Notes: generated from the sequence alone by a model not told the origin. 64,000 nt of DNA from Octopus sinensis (GCF_006345805.1 NC_043002.1:90086001-90150000), one strand, 5' to 3'. Positions 1-13,015 are shown, counted from the stretch's first letter. Program-made: numbers and translations.

Positions 1-179
1 ATGCACAAGGACATGTACTCACTGATGAAGAAGAGAATGAGTGAGAAGATTGGGGAAAAGCAAGATGCATCAGGAAAAGAGAATTAAAAAAAAATACTCT
101 GATCAAAGAGAATGGGAGTGGTCGATGCTTGGATACAAATGGATATGAGATCTGAAGAGACATAAGCATTTACATGTTT

Positions 180-200
180 GTGTGATGCATGTGTGTGTAT

Positions 201-254
<54 letters not shown>

Positions 255-276
255 TGTGTGTGTGTGTGTGTGTGTG
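180..276. repeat. (TG)n microsatellite
   Basis: Direct dinucleotide run. Confidence 0.95.
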
Positions 277-451
277 CATGTTGTTGTGCACAAGAACATG
301 AACTTGCATTGATATAAATATTGGTTTCAAGAAAACAGGTAAAGGAAGGAAGTAGTGATAAAAGAAACGAACAGTCAGGAAAAACCTAAACATTCATTGA
401 TAGCTTCAGGTGTGGGAAGGTGTAAATATGCTGTATGTGTGTGTGAGGGGG

Positions 452-486
<35 letters not shown>

Positions 487-848
487 GATTCAGTGCAAGG
501 TGTTACCATGAGTGGTTCACCTGCAAAATTCTAATGCCCATCCAAGGGCTGAGAGATTCTTGGAACATTCTGGCATGCACAAATATCATGAAAGCTGTTG
601 TCAGAATTGGGGATCATTTTGGTGTGTGAACCAGCATATCTGCATTCGTTCTCTTTTACTTGTTTCAGTCATTGGACTGCAGCCATGCTGGAGCACCGCC
701 TTTAGTCGAGCAAACTGACCCCAGGACTTATTCTTTGTAAGCCTAGTACTTATTCTATTGGTCTCTTTTGCCGAACTGCTAATTTAAGGGGACGTAAACA
801 CACCAGCATCGGTTGTCAAGCGATGTTGGGGGTGGGGGACAGACACAG

Positions 849-889
<41 letters not shown>

Positions 890-1180
890 CAATAAAATAT
901 AATATTAATTAGAGACAAAACCACTATTATGCAAATCAAACAAAGAAAGACTTAATCCAATACATAAAAAATCTTATATAAATTAAATATAATTAAGATA
1001 TCCACTACGATCGTTTCTTGTCACTTCTAAGGACATTCATCAGGTGGTTTCAAGACCTAAAATATAATTAATATTTTTAAGATATAAATTTGAAATGACT
1101 AAAATATATAAAATATATTCAATCCTAAATCTGATTTTTCCCTGTAAATTTGGATTTATTCCCTAATATTTATTATTATA
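890..1180 (-). mobile_element. Penelope-like element terminal fragment
   Basis: ~290 bp AT-rich insert absent from other family A copies, sitting in (TA)n and carrying a minimal hammerhead motif, as Penelope-like termini do. Confidence 0.55.
1002..1047 (-). ncRNA. minimal type I hammerhead ribozyme motif
   Basis: Minus strand: CCAC-CTGATGA-aTGTC(cttagaagt)GACAa-GAA-ACGatCGT-A-GTGG. Stems I, II and III pair; GUA cleavage triplet. Confidence 0.7.
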
Positions 1181-1574
1181 TACATATACATATATACAAC
1201 GGGCTTCTTTCGGTTTCCGTCTAACAAATCCAGTCACTAGGCTTTGGTCGGCCCGAGGCCATAGTAGAAGACACTTGCCCAAGGTGCCACGCAGTGGGAC
1301 TGAACCCGGAACCATGTGGCTGGTAAGCAAGCTACTTACCACACAGCCACTTTTGCGCCTATAATTCTGTTATTCTGTTATCAAGTAGAACAACTATCAA
1401 TGGAAATTCAGCCATTACCTTCTCATATTTTAGAGGTGTGTGTGTGTGGGGATGATATAGTGTAATTTGAAGGATATTTAGCTGCAATTTTTAGCAAGTT
1501 TATTGACTATATTGAGGCTCTTTCTAGTGCTTGTGATATAATGGAATTGGGTTTTGATATTAATTCTAAAAAGT

Positions 1575-1775
1575 CAGGTGGCGAGCTGGGAGAATCATTA
1601 GCATACCAGGCAAAATGTTTAACAGCATTTTGTCTGTCTTTATGTTCTGAGTTCAGATGCCGCCAAAATTGATCTTGCATCTCATTCTTTTGGGATTGAT
1701 GAAATAAGTACCAGTTGAACCCTGGGCTCGATATAATTGACTTATTTCCTCCTATTTAATTGGAAATATTAGAAT
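1575..1775 (+). mobile_element. SINE family B, diverged (alternative tail)
   Basis: GGCGAGCTGG head, GTTCTGAGTTCA, AAATAAGTACCAGTTG. Confidence 0.75.
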
Positions 1776-2030
1776 CAAATATGGTACCTGGGTGGGAGGG
1801 AGGTATTTGAAAGTTCACATTTGAGTGTTGCTGAGAATGAAGGGATACTTAATTAGTAAGTTATGTAGATTCTTTTTTCTGTTTTTTTTTGAGTGGGAGA
1901 GAGGGAAATAAGAATGAAATAAAATTGGAGTGATTTCTGGGAGATGGAGGGAGATCACTGCATAGTATCTTAGGCAAGTGTCTTCAATTATGGCCCTGGT
2001 GTGATACTGGAAGAAACCTATCATATCTAT

Positions 2031-2135
2031 CATCATCATTGTTTAACGTCTGTTTTCTATGCTCAGCTTACCAGCCTTGGTCAAACTCTCCAATCCATGC
2101 CAGCATGTGCAACGGACATTAAATGATGATGATGA
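2031..2135. mobile_element. two inverted 3' tails of family D
   Basis: CATCATCATTGTTTAACGTC...ATGCT followed by AGCATG...GGACATTAAATGATGATG. Confidence 0.65.
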
Positions 2136-2784
2136 TCTTAGGAAATACAAGAGTATCACAGTCACATCTGTTAAAAGTCATCTTGGCAGGTGTTAGCATA
2201 CAGAAGTTATGGTTTCTATCAAGGCCTTTGCTAAAAAAAGAAACATTTGTAATTTTTAATATATATTTAATGGAATATGACATATTATGTATGATACATA
2301 TATTGTACAAAATCATATTAAAAATATAAATCCAAAACTGCAAGAAAAAATAGAAAAAGAGGAATAAAGAAGGAAAGAAAGAAAAAGGTAAAAGATAAAT
2401 CACGTCAATTTAACATCAAATGCCTCAATTGGCCACACACCATAAAGTTCAATGGAACCTACTGAAGCAAGCCAGCATACTTGCAACATTATCACATGCA
2501 ATGGTGAGGCTAAGGCAGTGTTACAGCCAAGCACCGACATGGGCATCTCCTGACTCCTCGCTAAGGTGAGACACCAATGATGACAAGAACTCCACAGTTA
2601 GCGACCCAGCCAACTTCCAATCTCAAATGTCACAGGTTGGAAGAAATGGTTCACTGACAGGTCCCAATACTTAAGGATTTAGTGACTTGTCACATTAAAG
2701 AATGAGAGAGCTGCTAGAAATAACAGCCAAATCTTTCTAAACTCACGTCATACCACACATCTTTACTCAAACAGGATCATTCTA

Positions 2785-3441
2785 TATCTTTTATCTTTTC
2801 CTCGTGTCAGTCATTAGACTATGGCCATGCTGGGGCACCACCTTGACGAACTTTTAATTGATTGAATTGGTCCTAGTTTGACGCCAGTACTTTTTCTTTT
2901 CTTAAACCTTGGTACTTATTCTATCGGTCTTTCATGCCAAACCACTAAGTTATAGGGATGTAAACAAATCAACACCGGCTGTCAAGCAGTGGTGGGACAG
3001 ACAGACAGACAGACAGACACACACACACTCATATAGATATGTATACGACAGGCTTCTTTCAGTTTCTGTCTACCAATCCACTCACATGACTTTGGTCAGC
3101 TCAAGGCTATAAGAGAAGATACTTGCTCAAGGTGCCACACAGTGGGACTGAACCTGAAACCATGTAGTTGTGAAGCAAGCTTCTTATTTCTTTATTGCCC
3201 ACAAGGGGCTAAACACAGAGGGGACAAACAAGGACAGACAAAGGGATTAAGTCGATTACATCGACCCCAGTGCGTAACTGGTACTTAATTTATCGACTCC
3301 GAAAGGATGAAAGGCAAAGTCGACCTCGGTGGAATTTGAACTCAGAATGTAACAGCAGACGAAATACTGCTAAGCATTTCGCCCAGCGTGCTAACGTGTT
3401 CTGCCAGCTCGCTGCCTTGTCACACAACCATGCCTGCACCT
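2785..3441 (-). mobile_element. SINE family A, interrupted near its head by SINE B
   Basis: Similarity to family A; head resumes at ~3420. Confidence 0.85.
3185..3418 (-). mobile_element. SINE family B (main tail)
   Basis: Near-identical to the copies at 8833, 11462 and 27734; contains GCCTTTCATCCTTTCGG.GTCGATAAATTAAGTACCAG. Confidence 0.9.
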
Positions 3442-4077
3442 ATCATAACAATTTTGATGGCATGTAAACGTTTCAAGATTAGAATGTGTTACATTTGAAA
3501 TAGTGAATAAATTAATTTTATCTTTTCCAACACTACATTGTTAAATATCTTTTATTGCCTCCTTATTAATATTATGAAACAACAAATAAATGAATTACAG
3601 GATCTTATTAATGTATATTGAATATAAACACGAGCATTAAGTAGACCAGGGTGCTATAGTCACACTATTTAATTTCCACATTTATATTCTACAGAAATGC
3701 ATTCCATGTACAAACCTAATTTATTAATCAAATTTTTATGCCTCCGATTCTATTGAGTTCAGCTCTGTTGCTTAATTTAGAGATTTACGCCAATTGTTGG
3801 AATAACAAAGTCCATGTTCCTTACACCAGTCTATAAATTATGGGATAGAATTGATATGCTATTCTCACATCAAGACATTTAGAGCAATAATGTCTTTCAT
3901 GAGGTCATAATACAATGTCAGTGTATTATTTTGAATTTTAATTAATTAATTTCTCTGCTATTTTTAGCAATCCATCAATCTTGAACTACCATTCTTTCCA
4001 GTTTGAAAGATCCATAAACTTGAAGTTTCTCATCTCTGTAATATTCAATGTTTTATGAGTGGTTTGTGTCAGCCGAT

Positions 4078-4280
4078 ATGCACAGGTATGGCTGTGTGGT
4101 TCAGGAGTTCACTTCCCAACCACATGGTTTTGGTTTCAGTCCCACTGAATGGCATTATTGGTGTCTTCTACTATAGCCCCGGACTGACCAAAAACTTGCA
4201 AGTGGATTTAGTGGATAGAAACTGAAAGAAGCCTCTGTATGTGTGTGTGTGTGTGTGCATGTGCATGTGTGTGTGTGTGT

Positions 4281-4321
<41 letters not shown>

Positions 4322-4665
4322 TGTTTGTGTGTCTGTGTGTGTGTGTGTGTGTTAAAGGAGTGAGGAAAGATATTTATTTGAGCACTCACAACACATACCT
4401 ATTAGTTCGAATCATCCTGATGAAAACTCCTCACATCCTATATATTGTGTGTGTATGTGTATTTATGTCTGTGCTCCCAGTGCTTCATAATCTGTGTTGG
4501 TTTGTTCATGTCCCTGTAATAGTGGTTCCACAATAGACTGATAGAATACGTACCAAGCTTTGTAAAAAAATAAAGTACTGGAATCAATTTGTTCAACTAA
4601 AACCCTTCAAAGGTGGTGCTCCAGCATGGCCACAGTCTAGTGACTGAAACGAGCAAAAGATAAAA
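4078..4665 (+). mobile_element. SINE family A with expanded central (TG)n
   Basis: Head, CORE-like block and tail all present. Confidence 0.85.
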
Positions 4666-4706
4666 GTTATGTGTGTGTGTGTGTCGTATGTCTGTGTGTT
4701 TGTTTA

Positions 4707-4857
4707 CATCATCATCATTATCATCATCATTTAACGTCCGTTGTTCATGCTGGCATGGGTTGGACGGTTTGACCAGGGTTGGCAAACTGGAAGGCTGTAC
4801 CAGACTCTAATCTGATTTGGCATGGTTTCTCTGGCTGGATGCCCTTCCTAATGCCAC
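4707..4857 (-). mobile_element. family D 3' fragment, (GAT)n-tailed retroposon
   Basis: TTTAACGTCCG...CATGCTGGCATGGGTTGGACGG...GGCTGGATGCCCTTCCTAA. Confidence 0.8.
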
Positions 4858-5261
4858 ATATGTGCTCACATATTCAAAAGCCATTCAAGTGGTGTTGTTA
4901 TTAACTCTTCTCTTTGCAGTGACTTGTCTGCTTTCATCATGCTTTCAAAACCATTTAGAAATGTAGAGTAAAAGGTCTCTTACTTGAAAATCAAGTAAGG
5001 GTTAGAGAAGCTGGAAGGGAATCTAGTTACAAAACAACACTTCAATATAATATTTATTTAACCCATGCTAGCTTGTTAAAATGGAAGGAAAAGCCCAACA
5101 AATGGATGAATGATAAAATTTATATACACAACTAATAAACATTTTAAGATGTGAGGATTTCTACTCTTAAGGAGAGAGTACATTAATAGTATCATATAGA
5201 AAATAGAATATTTTTCCTTACTGTATTAACAATATATAAAAGAAAGAACTGGTACTCAGTC

Positions 5262-5550
5262 AATTACAATGACATGGGTTCCAGTTGCTCTGATCTGTGG
5301 AAAATGCTGCTCATGAAATTAATGTGCAAGTGGTTGAGCACTCCACAGATTCACATAGCCTTAATATAGTTCTCAGGAAGATTCAGTATGACACAGAATG
5401 TGACAAGGCTGGCCTTTTGAAATACAAGTACAACCCATTTTTACTAGCAACACAAAACAAAGTGTCTCGCTCAAGGACACAACACGTTGCTGGGAATTGA
5501 ACTCATGGTTGTGAGCCGAATACTGTAACCATTAAGCCATGTAGCTTCAC
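5262..5550 (-). mobile_element. SINE family G (E-type head plus C-type tail)
   Basis: Tail matches 14960-15130; head has CCTTGAGCGAGACACTTT as in family E. Confidence 0.7.
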
Positions 5551-6179
5551 TAACAGTATGGATGACATTCAGAGCATCATGTTGAAAACGGAATGTTTTT
5601 CCATACTGTTTTAACAATGTAAAGAACATTACGAGTATTTGATGACAAACAGAATTAACACCATTATGTAGTAACAACAGTGAGAAGCCAAAGAATATCA
5701 TACAGAAATTAGAATCAATTGCATAATTTTTTAACTCTTACATTATAAGCAGGCTTTGAATCCAGAAAACTAAACTTAAAACTAGAAGCATTACTATATG
5801 TAACTCAACTTCTGGGTTTCTTTTTCTCTTTTTTTTCTATTTTTATCATGCTATCATTTCAAATAAACTATAATTTTATTTCTATCATGTCATATTAACT
5901 AATAATAAACACATAACATTATATCATCTAATACATAAAATTTTTTACTTTTAAATATGTTTATAATGCTATATTATATTTTTTTCAAGAAAAATTACTA
6001 TTCTGATTACCAATAAACTTGTGACTCTCCACTGTCAAGTCATCCTCTCTCTTGATGTTGCCAGTTACATTGAAGAGATGCATTCTGTACTTTATATAAT
6101 ACAGTAATAGGGGTCAGACACGTACTGTTGGGGTTTTAAGCAGCAAAAGTTGACACATAGCCTACTTAAATATAAAATT

Positions 6180-6330
6180 ACATAGGTGTGGCTGTGTGGT
6201 TAAGAAGTTTGCTTTGCACCTACGTGGCTTTGGGTTCAGTCCCACTTTGAGTAAGAGTTTTCTAGCTTCAAGCTGACCAATGCCTTGTGAGTGAATTTGG
6301 TAGATGGAAACTGTATGGAAGCATGTTATA

Positions 6331-6381
<51 letters not shown>

Positions 6382-6640
6382 TGTGTGTGTGTGTGTGGTG
6401 TGTGTGTGTGGTGTGTGTGTGTGTGAGTGTCTTTTTGTCTGGATTTGTACCTTCAGTTTGACAGCTGGTATTGACTTGTTTATGTCCCCATAACTTAGTA
6501 GTTCAGCAAAAGAGACGAATAGAATAAGTACTAGACTTTAAAAAATAAGTACTTTGGACAATCTGTTTAACTAAATCCCTTCAAGGCAGAGTCCCAGCAT
6601 AGCTGCCATCCAAATGACTGAAACAAGTAAAAGATAGAAG
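6180..6640 (+). mobile_element. SINE family A, diverged
   Basis: Head, microsatellite and tail present. Confidence 0.85.
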
Positions 6641-7159
6641 ATAACAGCTTATCAACTTTTCAGTTACAATATCATATAACACCACACAATGTATTAGACT
6701 CTTACAAAACTCACACAGGTCACCCTATATTAGATATCACACAATACTTCCTTATAATTTATCAGATATTTTGCAAAACTGATTGTTAAATAATAAACTC
6801 CAACATTTTCAGATATAGAGCATATAAAAGCTTTATATTATTTATAAAACAATAAATTTATCAACAAACATGTCTGCTCTATGTTTTATGTTCTTCTATC
6901 CCCCCCCCCCCCCCATGCTGGTAATTAGGAATTATTGTTTTCCTTTAAAAGATGAACTGTCTCCCTTCATCTAATAATAATATCTCCCCTTTTTCTCTTT
7001 TGTCTTTATGGGCACGTAGCTACTGTGGGTTTATGCTGATGTGAGGTTTTGAACTGCGAAATGAATATGGAGACTGTAACAGTTATACTAAAGATTTCTC
7101 AGGCTCTGATATAAACCCAAGAATCTTAGAGAACGATACCTTTTTTTCAAATTTATTTA

Positions 7160-7620
7160 TTCATTTGTTGTCATGAAGACAGCAGTTTGTAGATTCATAT
7201 GAAATCCAGGAAATCTTTGCAATTTCCTTTCTACTTATCATTTCTTTCAGGATTACCATCTTTATGCAGAGTCTTTTGTCTAAAATTCGAGTTGTTGATT
7301 GTACTGCATTGTAGAAGCAGGAAGTATCCATTTTACAAGTTATTCTTTACTTTACTGATATTGCCTTTTAACTGTAACAATTCCAATAAAAAATTTTTTG
7401 TGAAAACATGCGTCTGCCATATCAGCCATTGTCAAAGTTTTCTGCTGCTAGACAAGCTTTGACAATATTTCAAGTGCATTTAGATTACCAAGAAATGGTC
7501 ATACAGTCATTGTTGTCACCAATAACCTCTTAATATGGATTGATGAGTAGTTATGGTCTGAATCAGGTTAGTTCTTATTGTTCTTAGTTGCTGTCGCTAA
7601 CATATTCAAGGATCATGTTT
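7160..7620 (-). pseudogene. Ty1/Copia RNase H remnant
   Basis: Minus-strand translation ISW*SKCT*NIVKACLAAE...STTRILDKRLCIKMVILKEMISRKEIAKISWI resembles the Copia RNase H pattern WxSKKxxRVVKSTLAAE...KRLRIDIxxLxEM; contains stops and frameshifts. Confidence 0.65.
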
Positions 7621-7721
7621 TGCTTATATGACTAATTTTTAACTTCATTTCTATAGTTTGATACCAGTTATGCTTCCTGTCTCTAATCACTTTACATAGT
7701 GGAAGTGCAGTGATTTCCATA

Positions 7722-8136
7722 GGTACAGGAGTGGCTGTGTGGTAAGTAGCTTGCTTACGAACCACATGGTTCTGGGTTCAGTCCCAGTGCGTGGCATCTT
7801 GGGCAAGTGTCTTCTACTATAGCCTTGGGCGGACAAAAGCCTTGTGAGTGGATTTGGTAGACGGAAACTGAAAGAAGCCTGTCGTATATATATGTATATA
7901 TGTGTGTGTGTGTGTATAAGTTTGTGTGTGTGTGTTTGTCCCCCAACATCGTTTGACAACCGATGCTGGTGTGTTTACGTCCCCATCACTTAGCGGTTTG
8001 ACAAAAGAGACCGATAGAATAAGTACTAGGCTTACAAAGAATAAGTCCTGTGGTTGATTTACTCGACTAAAGGCAGTGCTCCAGCATGGCCACAATCAAA
8101 TGACTGAAACAAGTAAAAGAGTAAAAGAGTAAAGAG
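7722..8136 (+). mobile_element. SINE family A, young full-length copy
   Basis: Complete head to (GTAAAAGA)n tail. Confidence 0.92.
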
Positions 8137-8384
8137 TGTAGTATATGCCCTACCGGTGGAGCCTGTGAAAATTGTGGTGGGACATGGTGTCATAGTTGTC
8201 AGGGCAAGCTTCTCATTAAAGCGATTCACTTACTTTCTTTGTCAATAATGTACTTATTTTTTGTACTGATTAATTGTGATAAAATATTAAAAATAAAGTT
8301 TGTTTTTTTTCCAACAATTGGTGGGGCATACATGTTTCTGGAAAGTCGTAGAGGCGGGGGCCTAGGAGAAAATAGGTTGGGTAA

Positions 8385-8585
8385 CACTGGGTTAGTGTGT
8401 TGGAATCACAATTGTAGGATTGTAGGTTCCATTCTTGGACTGGGTGATGCATTGTGTTCCTGAGCAAAACATTTCATTTCATGCTGCTCCAATCCACTCA
8501 GCTGGTAAAAATAAATAATCCCGTGACAGACTGACATCTCATCCAGGAAGAAATATATACATCAGAGAAACCAGGAAAATGGCCA
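8385..8585 (+). mobile_element. old SINE with E-type head and F-type tail
   Basis: CTGAGCAAAACATTTCATTTCATGCTGCTCCAATCCACTCAGCTGG; similar to 41740-42002. Confidence 0.55.
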
Positions 8586-8832
8586 TGTGCTCCTTACATA
8601 GCAATGTGGACTAACCACTGGGTATATATATTATCATGGCACCAGCATTAGTGAGGTTGCATAGTATCTTGTAAGATGAGCCCCTGTTGTACTACAAGGT
8701 GTTTTTACACTTGAGGCAAATGATGAAGATGGTGGCTAGAAGAGTGACCATGGCAAGAGAAGAACCATAACCTGATGAGCAGTTGGAGGAAGCAGGAGCA
8801 TCATGATAGAGACAGAATAATAGAAGTGAGAG

Positions 8833-9061
8833 CGGCGAGCCAGCAGAAACGTTAGCACATCAGGCAAAATGCGTAACCGTATTTCGTCTGCCGCTACGTT
8901 CTGAGTTCAAATTCCGCCGAGGTCGACTTTGCCTTTCATCCTTTCAGGGTCGATTAAGTAAGTACCAGTTACACACAGGGGTTGATATAATCGACTTAAT
9001 CCATTTGTCTGTCCTTGTTTGTCCCCTCTGTGTGTAGCCCCTTGTGGGCAGTAAAAAAATG
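8833..9061 (+). mobile_element. SINE family B with 19-bp TSD
   Basis: TSD AGAATAATAGAAGTGAGAG at 8814-8832 and 9062-9080. Confidence 0.93.
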
Positions 9062-10391
9062 AGAATAATAGAAGTGAGAGGATGGTAGAAAGGGAGAGTG
9101 ATGGATAGAAATAGAAATGGATAGTGATCAGAATAAGTGAAGTCTGTGTATTTGTGGAGAGAAAAACAGAAGCTCATGTGTATTTGAATGTATGCGTGTC
9201 TGTGTGAGTGTGGCATTCCAATGTGGTGCTTATGCATGAGAAATAAATAGGAATTTTAGAGCTCAGTTAAGCATGTGCACACACACATGCACATACCCAC
9301 ACTTGCAACACACACACACACACAACAGACACACACACACACACATTCACAATGACTCTCACTTCCATATCATGAAATAATATTGTACATTATCTTATAA
9401 TCCTAAACAATTCTTTATTGCATCACATCAGATAATTTTCTGATATATCTATAGTATTCCTTAGGTGAACCTGTTTAAATAAGGGACGTGATCGGAGATC
9501 AGAGACCAAAACAACTGCATTACAGTAGAGTCATGTTAGCTATTAAAAGCACACATGCACTATTATATTCACTATTATCAGTTTGCAGTATTACATAATA
9601 TTTATTATCAAAGTCTTTCATTGAGTCCCAATGACCTTGTTACTGATACTAATAAAATAGAGTACCACTAACCATGCCATAACTGTACGTAGAAATACTT
9701 TGGTATGAAATAAAGTAAATATAACAGTGTGTGTGTGTGCGTGTGTTTGTGTGTGTGTGCATGTGTTTAATGGTTAATATGACTCTATGATGATGCAATT
9801 GTCATCATTATGGTGGTTTTATGGCATACTTTATATCACAGATATATTGAGAAGATCAAAGATGATTTGAGTGTCTGACCGACATAGTTTCCCTTGAATT
9901 ATTGTCTGCACCAAATAGAGCTATTGAGTCTCATTAGCTGTTTGTTTTAAGTATTCTGTCAAAGACTCGGATATTATAATGTGCCAACATTAATATTGTG
10001 AAACTAAAGACTATAAATTCTATCCTTTTGATTTTTCAATTTCGATTTCCTTGGTTTTGAAATCAAAAAAGAAAAAAAAAAGTGAAAAGAGAGAGAGAGA
10101 GAGAGAGAGAGTTGGAGTGAGGGACAAAATTGTTGAAACTCTGACTTGAGTTGTTAATAGCCACAATGGTGAAACATTGTTGTAAAGACAGTGAAGGAAC
10201 AAATTTCTGACATCTTTAAGTTCACCAAAGATAAATTGAGAGGTGGAGCCTCCTCTGTATAGTTATGTGACCTATAAAAAATAGCTGCTAAATTTCCTTG
10301 AAATCACACACTGCTGTTTAAAATAGAAGGATACTTTAGAGAATGTAGAAGTAGCAGTAATAGCATCATCATCAAGATCACCAATAATATC

Positions 10392-10625
10392 TATTTCTTT
10401 ACTACCCACAAGGGGCCAAACATAGAGAGGACTAACATGGACAGAAAAACGGATTAAGTCGATTATATCGACCCCAGTGGGTAACTGGTACTTAATTTAT
10501 TGACCCCCCGAAAGGATGAAAGGCAAAGTCAACCTCGGCAGAATTTGAACTCAGAACGTAGCGGCAGACGAAATACGGCTACGCATTTCGCCGGGCGTGC
10601 TAACGTTTCTGCCAGCTCGCCGCTC
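10392..10625 (-). mobile_element. SINE family B with 16-bp TSD
   Basis: TSD GATCACCAATAATATC at 10376-10391 and 10626-10641. Confidence 0.93.
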
Positions 10626-10759
10626 GATCACCAATAATATCATCTTCATCTATATCAGTGGTTCTCAATCGGAGTCCATCTGAACCTTGCAAGGAAGGAG
10701 TCCATATAAGGTTTTGCTGTTAAAATTATTCTTCAATAAATTGGTTACACCTCTACAAG

Positions 10760-11188
10760 ACACAGGCGTGGCTGTGTGGTAAGAGGTTTGTTTCCCAACC
10801 ACATGGTTCCGAGTTCAGCCCCATGGTGTGACACCTTGGGCAAGTGTCTTCTACTATAGCCTCAGGCCGACCAAAGCCTTGTGAGTGGATTTGGTAAATG
10901 GAAACTGAAAGAAGCCTGACGTGTGAATGTATATATATATATATAATATATATATATATATATCTGTGTGTGTGTCTTTGTTTGTCCTGCCACCACTGTT
11001 AGACAACTGGTGTTGGGTGTGTTTACATCCCTGTAACTAAGTGCTTCAGCAAAAGTGACCGATGGAATAAGTACTAAGCTTTAAAAAAAGAAAATAAAAG
11101 TCCTGGGGTCAATTTGTTTGACTAAAACCCCTTCAGGGTGGTGTTCCAGCATGGTCGAACTCAAATGACTGAAACAAGTAAAAGATAA
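10760..11188 (+). mobile_element. SINE family A
   Basis: Full head and tail. Confidence 0.9.
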
Positions 11189-11461
11189 ATTTATGACAGA
11201 CACTTATTTCATAGATCATGGAGGGCTAAACAACAAACCAGGTTCTAATGAGATTTGAACTCATAACATAACAAGACAAAGTTACTTTTAGACATTTACC
11301 CAAATAGCACATGACAGTTTCTACCTGCCTAAATAATTCTTTTAAATTTTGGCACAAGGCCAGCAATTCTAAAGGGTGCAAGCAAGTTTTAATATTTTTT
11401 TTGTATGCAATTCCTAATAATATTTAATTATAAAAAAATTTAATGGTATTTTTTTAAACAG

Positions 11462-11692
11462 GCAGCAAGCTTGCAGAAACGTTAGCATGCTGGGCGAAAT
11501 GCTTAGCCGTATTTCATCTGCCGTTACGTTCTGAGTCCAAATTCTGCTGAGGTCCACTTTGCCTTTCATCCTTTCGGGGGTCAATAAATTAAGTACCAGT
11601 TATGCACTGGGGTCGATGTAATCGATTTAATCCCTTTGTCTGTCCTTGTTTGTCCCCTCTGTGTTTAGCCCCTTGTGGGTAGTAAAGAAATA
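11462..11692 (+). mobile_element. SINE family B with 17-bp TSD
   Basis: TSD GGTATTTTTTTAAACAG at 11445-11461 and 11693-11709. Confidence 0.93.
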
Positions 11693-13015
11693 GGTATTTT
11701 TTTAAACAGACAGCAAGGAGGGTTCATCTGAGTAGAATAGGAATCAAAGGAAACCATAGTAAAATATGGTTGAGAAGCACTGAGACAGGAGGGTCATACC
11801 TGTAATGCATTTAATCATTTATCTTCTCCATTTGGACCGACTTGGGGCTAAACAACAGCAACAAAAATGCTTAAAGGCTTTTTTAATGTTTTGTTATTAA
11901 CTTTATTGTAAATACCAAAATCTAATATGAAATATATAGATACTTTTTTTTTTTAGTGAGACCGTCATAAAATCGTGACTGGACAGTCATATTTAATCTA
12001 TTTGTAAACTTCTTTGCAAACATAGAGGTACTCTGAATGCAATAAATACTGTTCATGATGTTTTGTAATGGCATCTAAGTTTGCTATAATATATTGAAAT
12101 GCCACCGGCAAATGATATATACTAAATTATAGTATATGTTTTATTGCCTAAAGTAGATAACGGATATGATAAAAATCTCATCAGGAAAGATCAGGATTTT
12201 CATTTTGCTTCAATAAATTAAAAGTTTGTGGTTGAGTTTGGAAAATATATTCTGTTAGCTATATCTCACTACTATTTATGAGAGAAATAATATTCTTCTT
12301 GGATTGATTAAACTACAATGCTATCACCATTTCAATGTGTCCTGATTGTGATGTGCAGACGTTTTTACCTATATTTGTCTTATATGTAATTTATATTTTG
12401 AAGAAATAAATTGAAATTCCAATGAAGTCTATGAAATATTCATTAAAGTGATGCAAATAGCAGTGGATATTACTTTAGATAGTTCTTTAAAAGATTCCAA
12501 GCTCTTTAAAAGTTACCGAAAGAATTACTCAGCTGGCGTTAAAGGGTTTAGAACATAACTTTCCAATGCAATATCCAAAAGCCTCATTGACTAAGTGACA
12601 GAGGTGTATTTGAGATAGTGGGAGGTGGTTTTATGCGAGGTGTTGGGAGGAAGCTAAAGTATGATAGAGGGACAGGCACAGGTGTTTTGTTATGGAAGCA
12701 ATACAAAGCTACCCCACATTATATGGGAGTAGCTGGGAAGAAGGTAGCGGTGATGAGATGCTAGAGTGTCTCAAGATACAAGAAAATGAGTATAAAAGAA
12801 ATGCAGGCAGTGGATTGGGTAGTCGAAGGTAATTTCATAAGAACGTTAGAGGAGTATATCAGATGACGAAAGATGGGGTTAGAGGTGAACGTAGTGAGTG
12901 ATGAACAAGGAAAGAGGTGTGGTTGTTGGGAACTATCAACATGAAAAAGAGTATGTCTGTATGTGTATGTATGTCTGTGTGTGTGTGTATATATATATGT
13001 ATGTATGTATATATA

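Larger units (their letters stand above)
650..1360 (-). mobile_element. tRNA-derived SINE, family A, with Penelope-like insert in its central microsatellite
   Basis: Minus strand has A-box-like TGGCTGTGTGG, B-box-like GGTTCAGTCCC, CCTTGGGCAAGT, a central microsatellite and the tail ...GACTGAAACAAGTAAAAGAG; matches >15 other copies in the window. Confidence 0.9.
10656..11782. mobile_element. hAT-type MITE carrying nested SINEs
   Basis: Termini CAGTGGTTCTCAA ... TTGAGAAGCACTG; ends resemble 19423-19995. Confidence 0.6.

Noticed and set aside
7020-7040. 21-nt microexon after a pyrimidine tract (…GTAG|CTACTG…GAT|GTGAGG)
   Set aside because: Splice-like signals only; no partner exons or homology
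7199-7462. Plus-strand exon or ORF after TTTCTTTCAG at ~7250
   Set aside because: Better explained as the antisense of a Copia RNase H remnant
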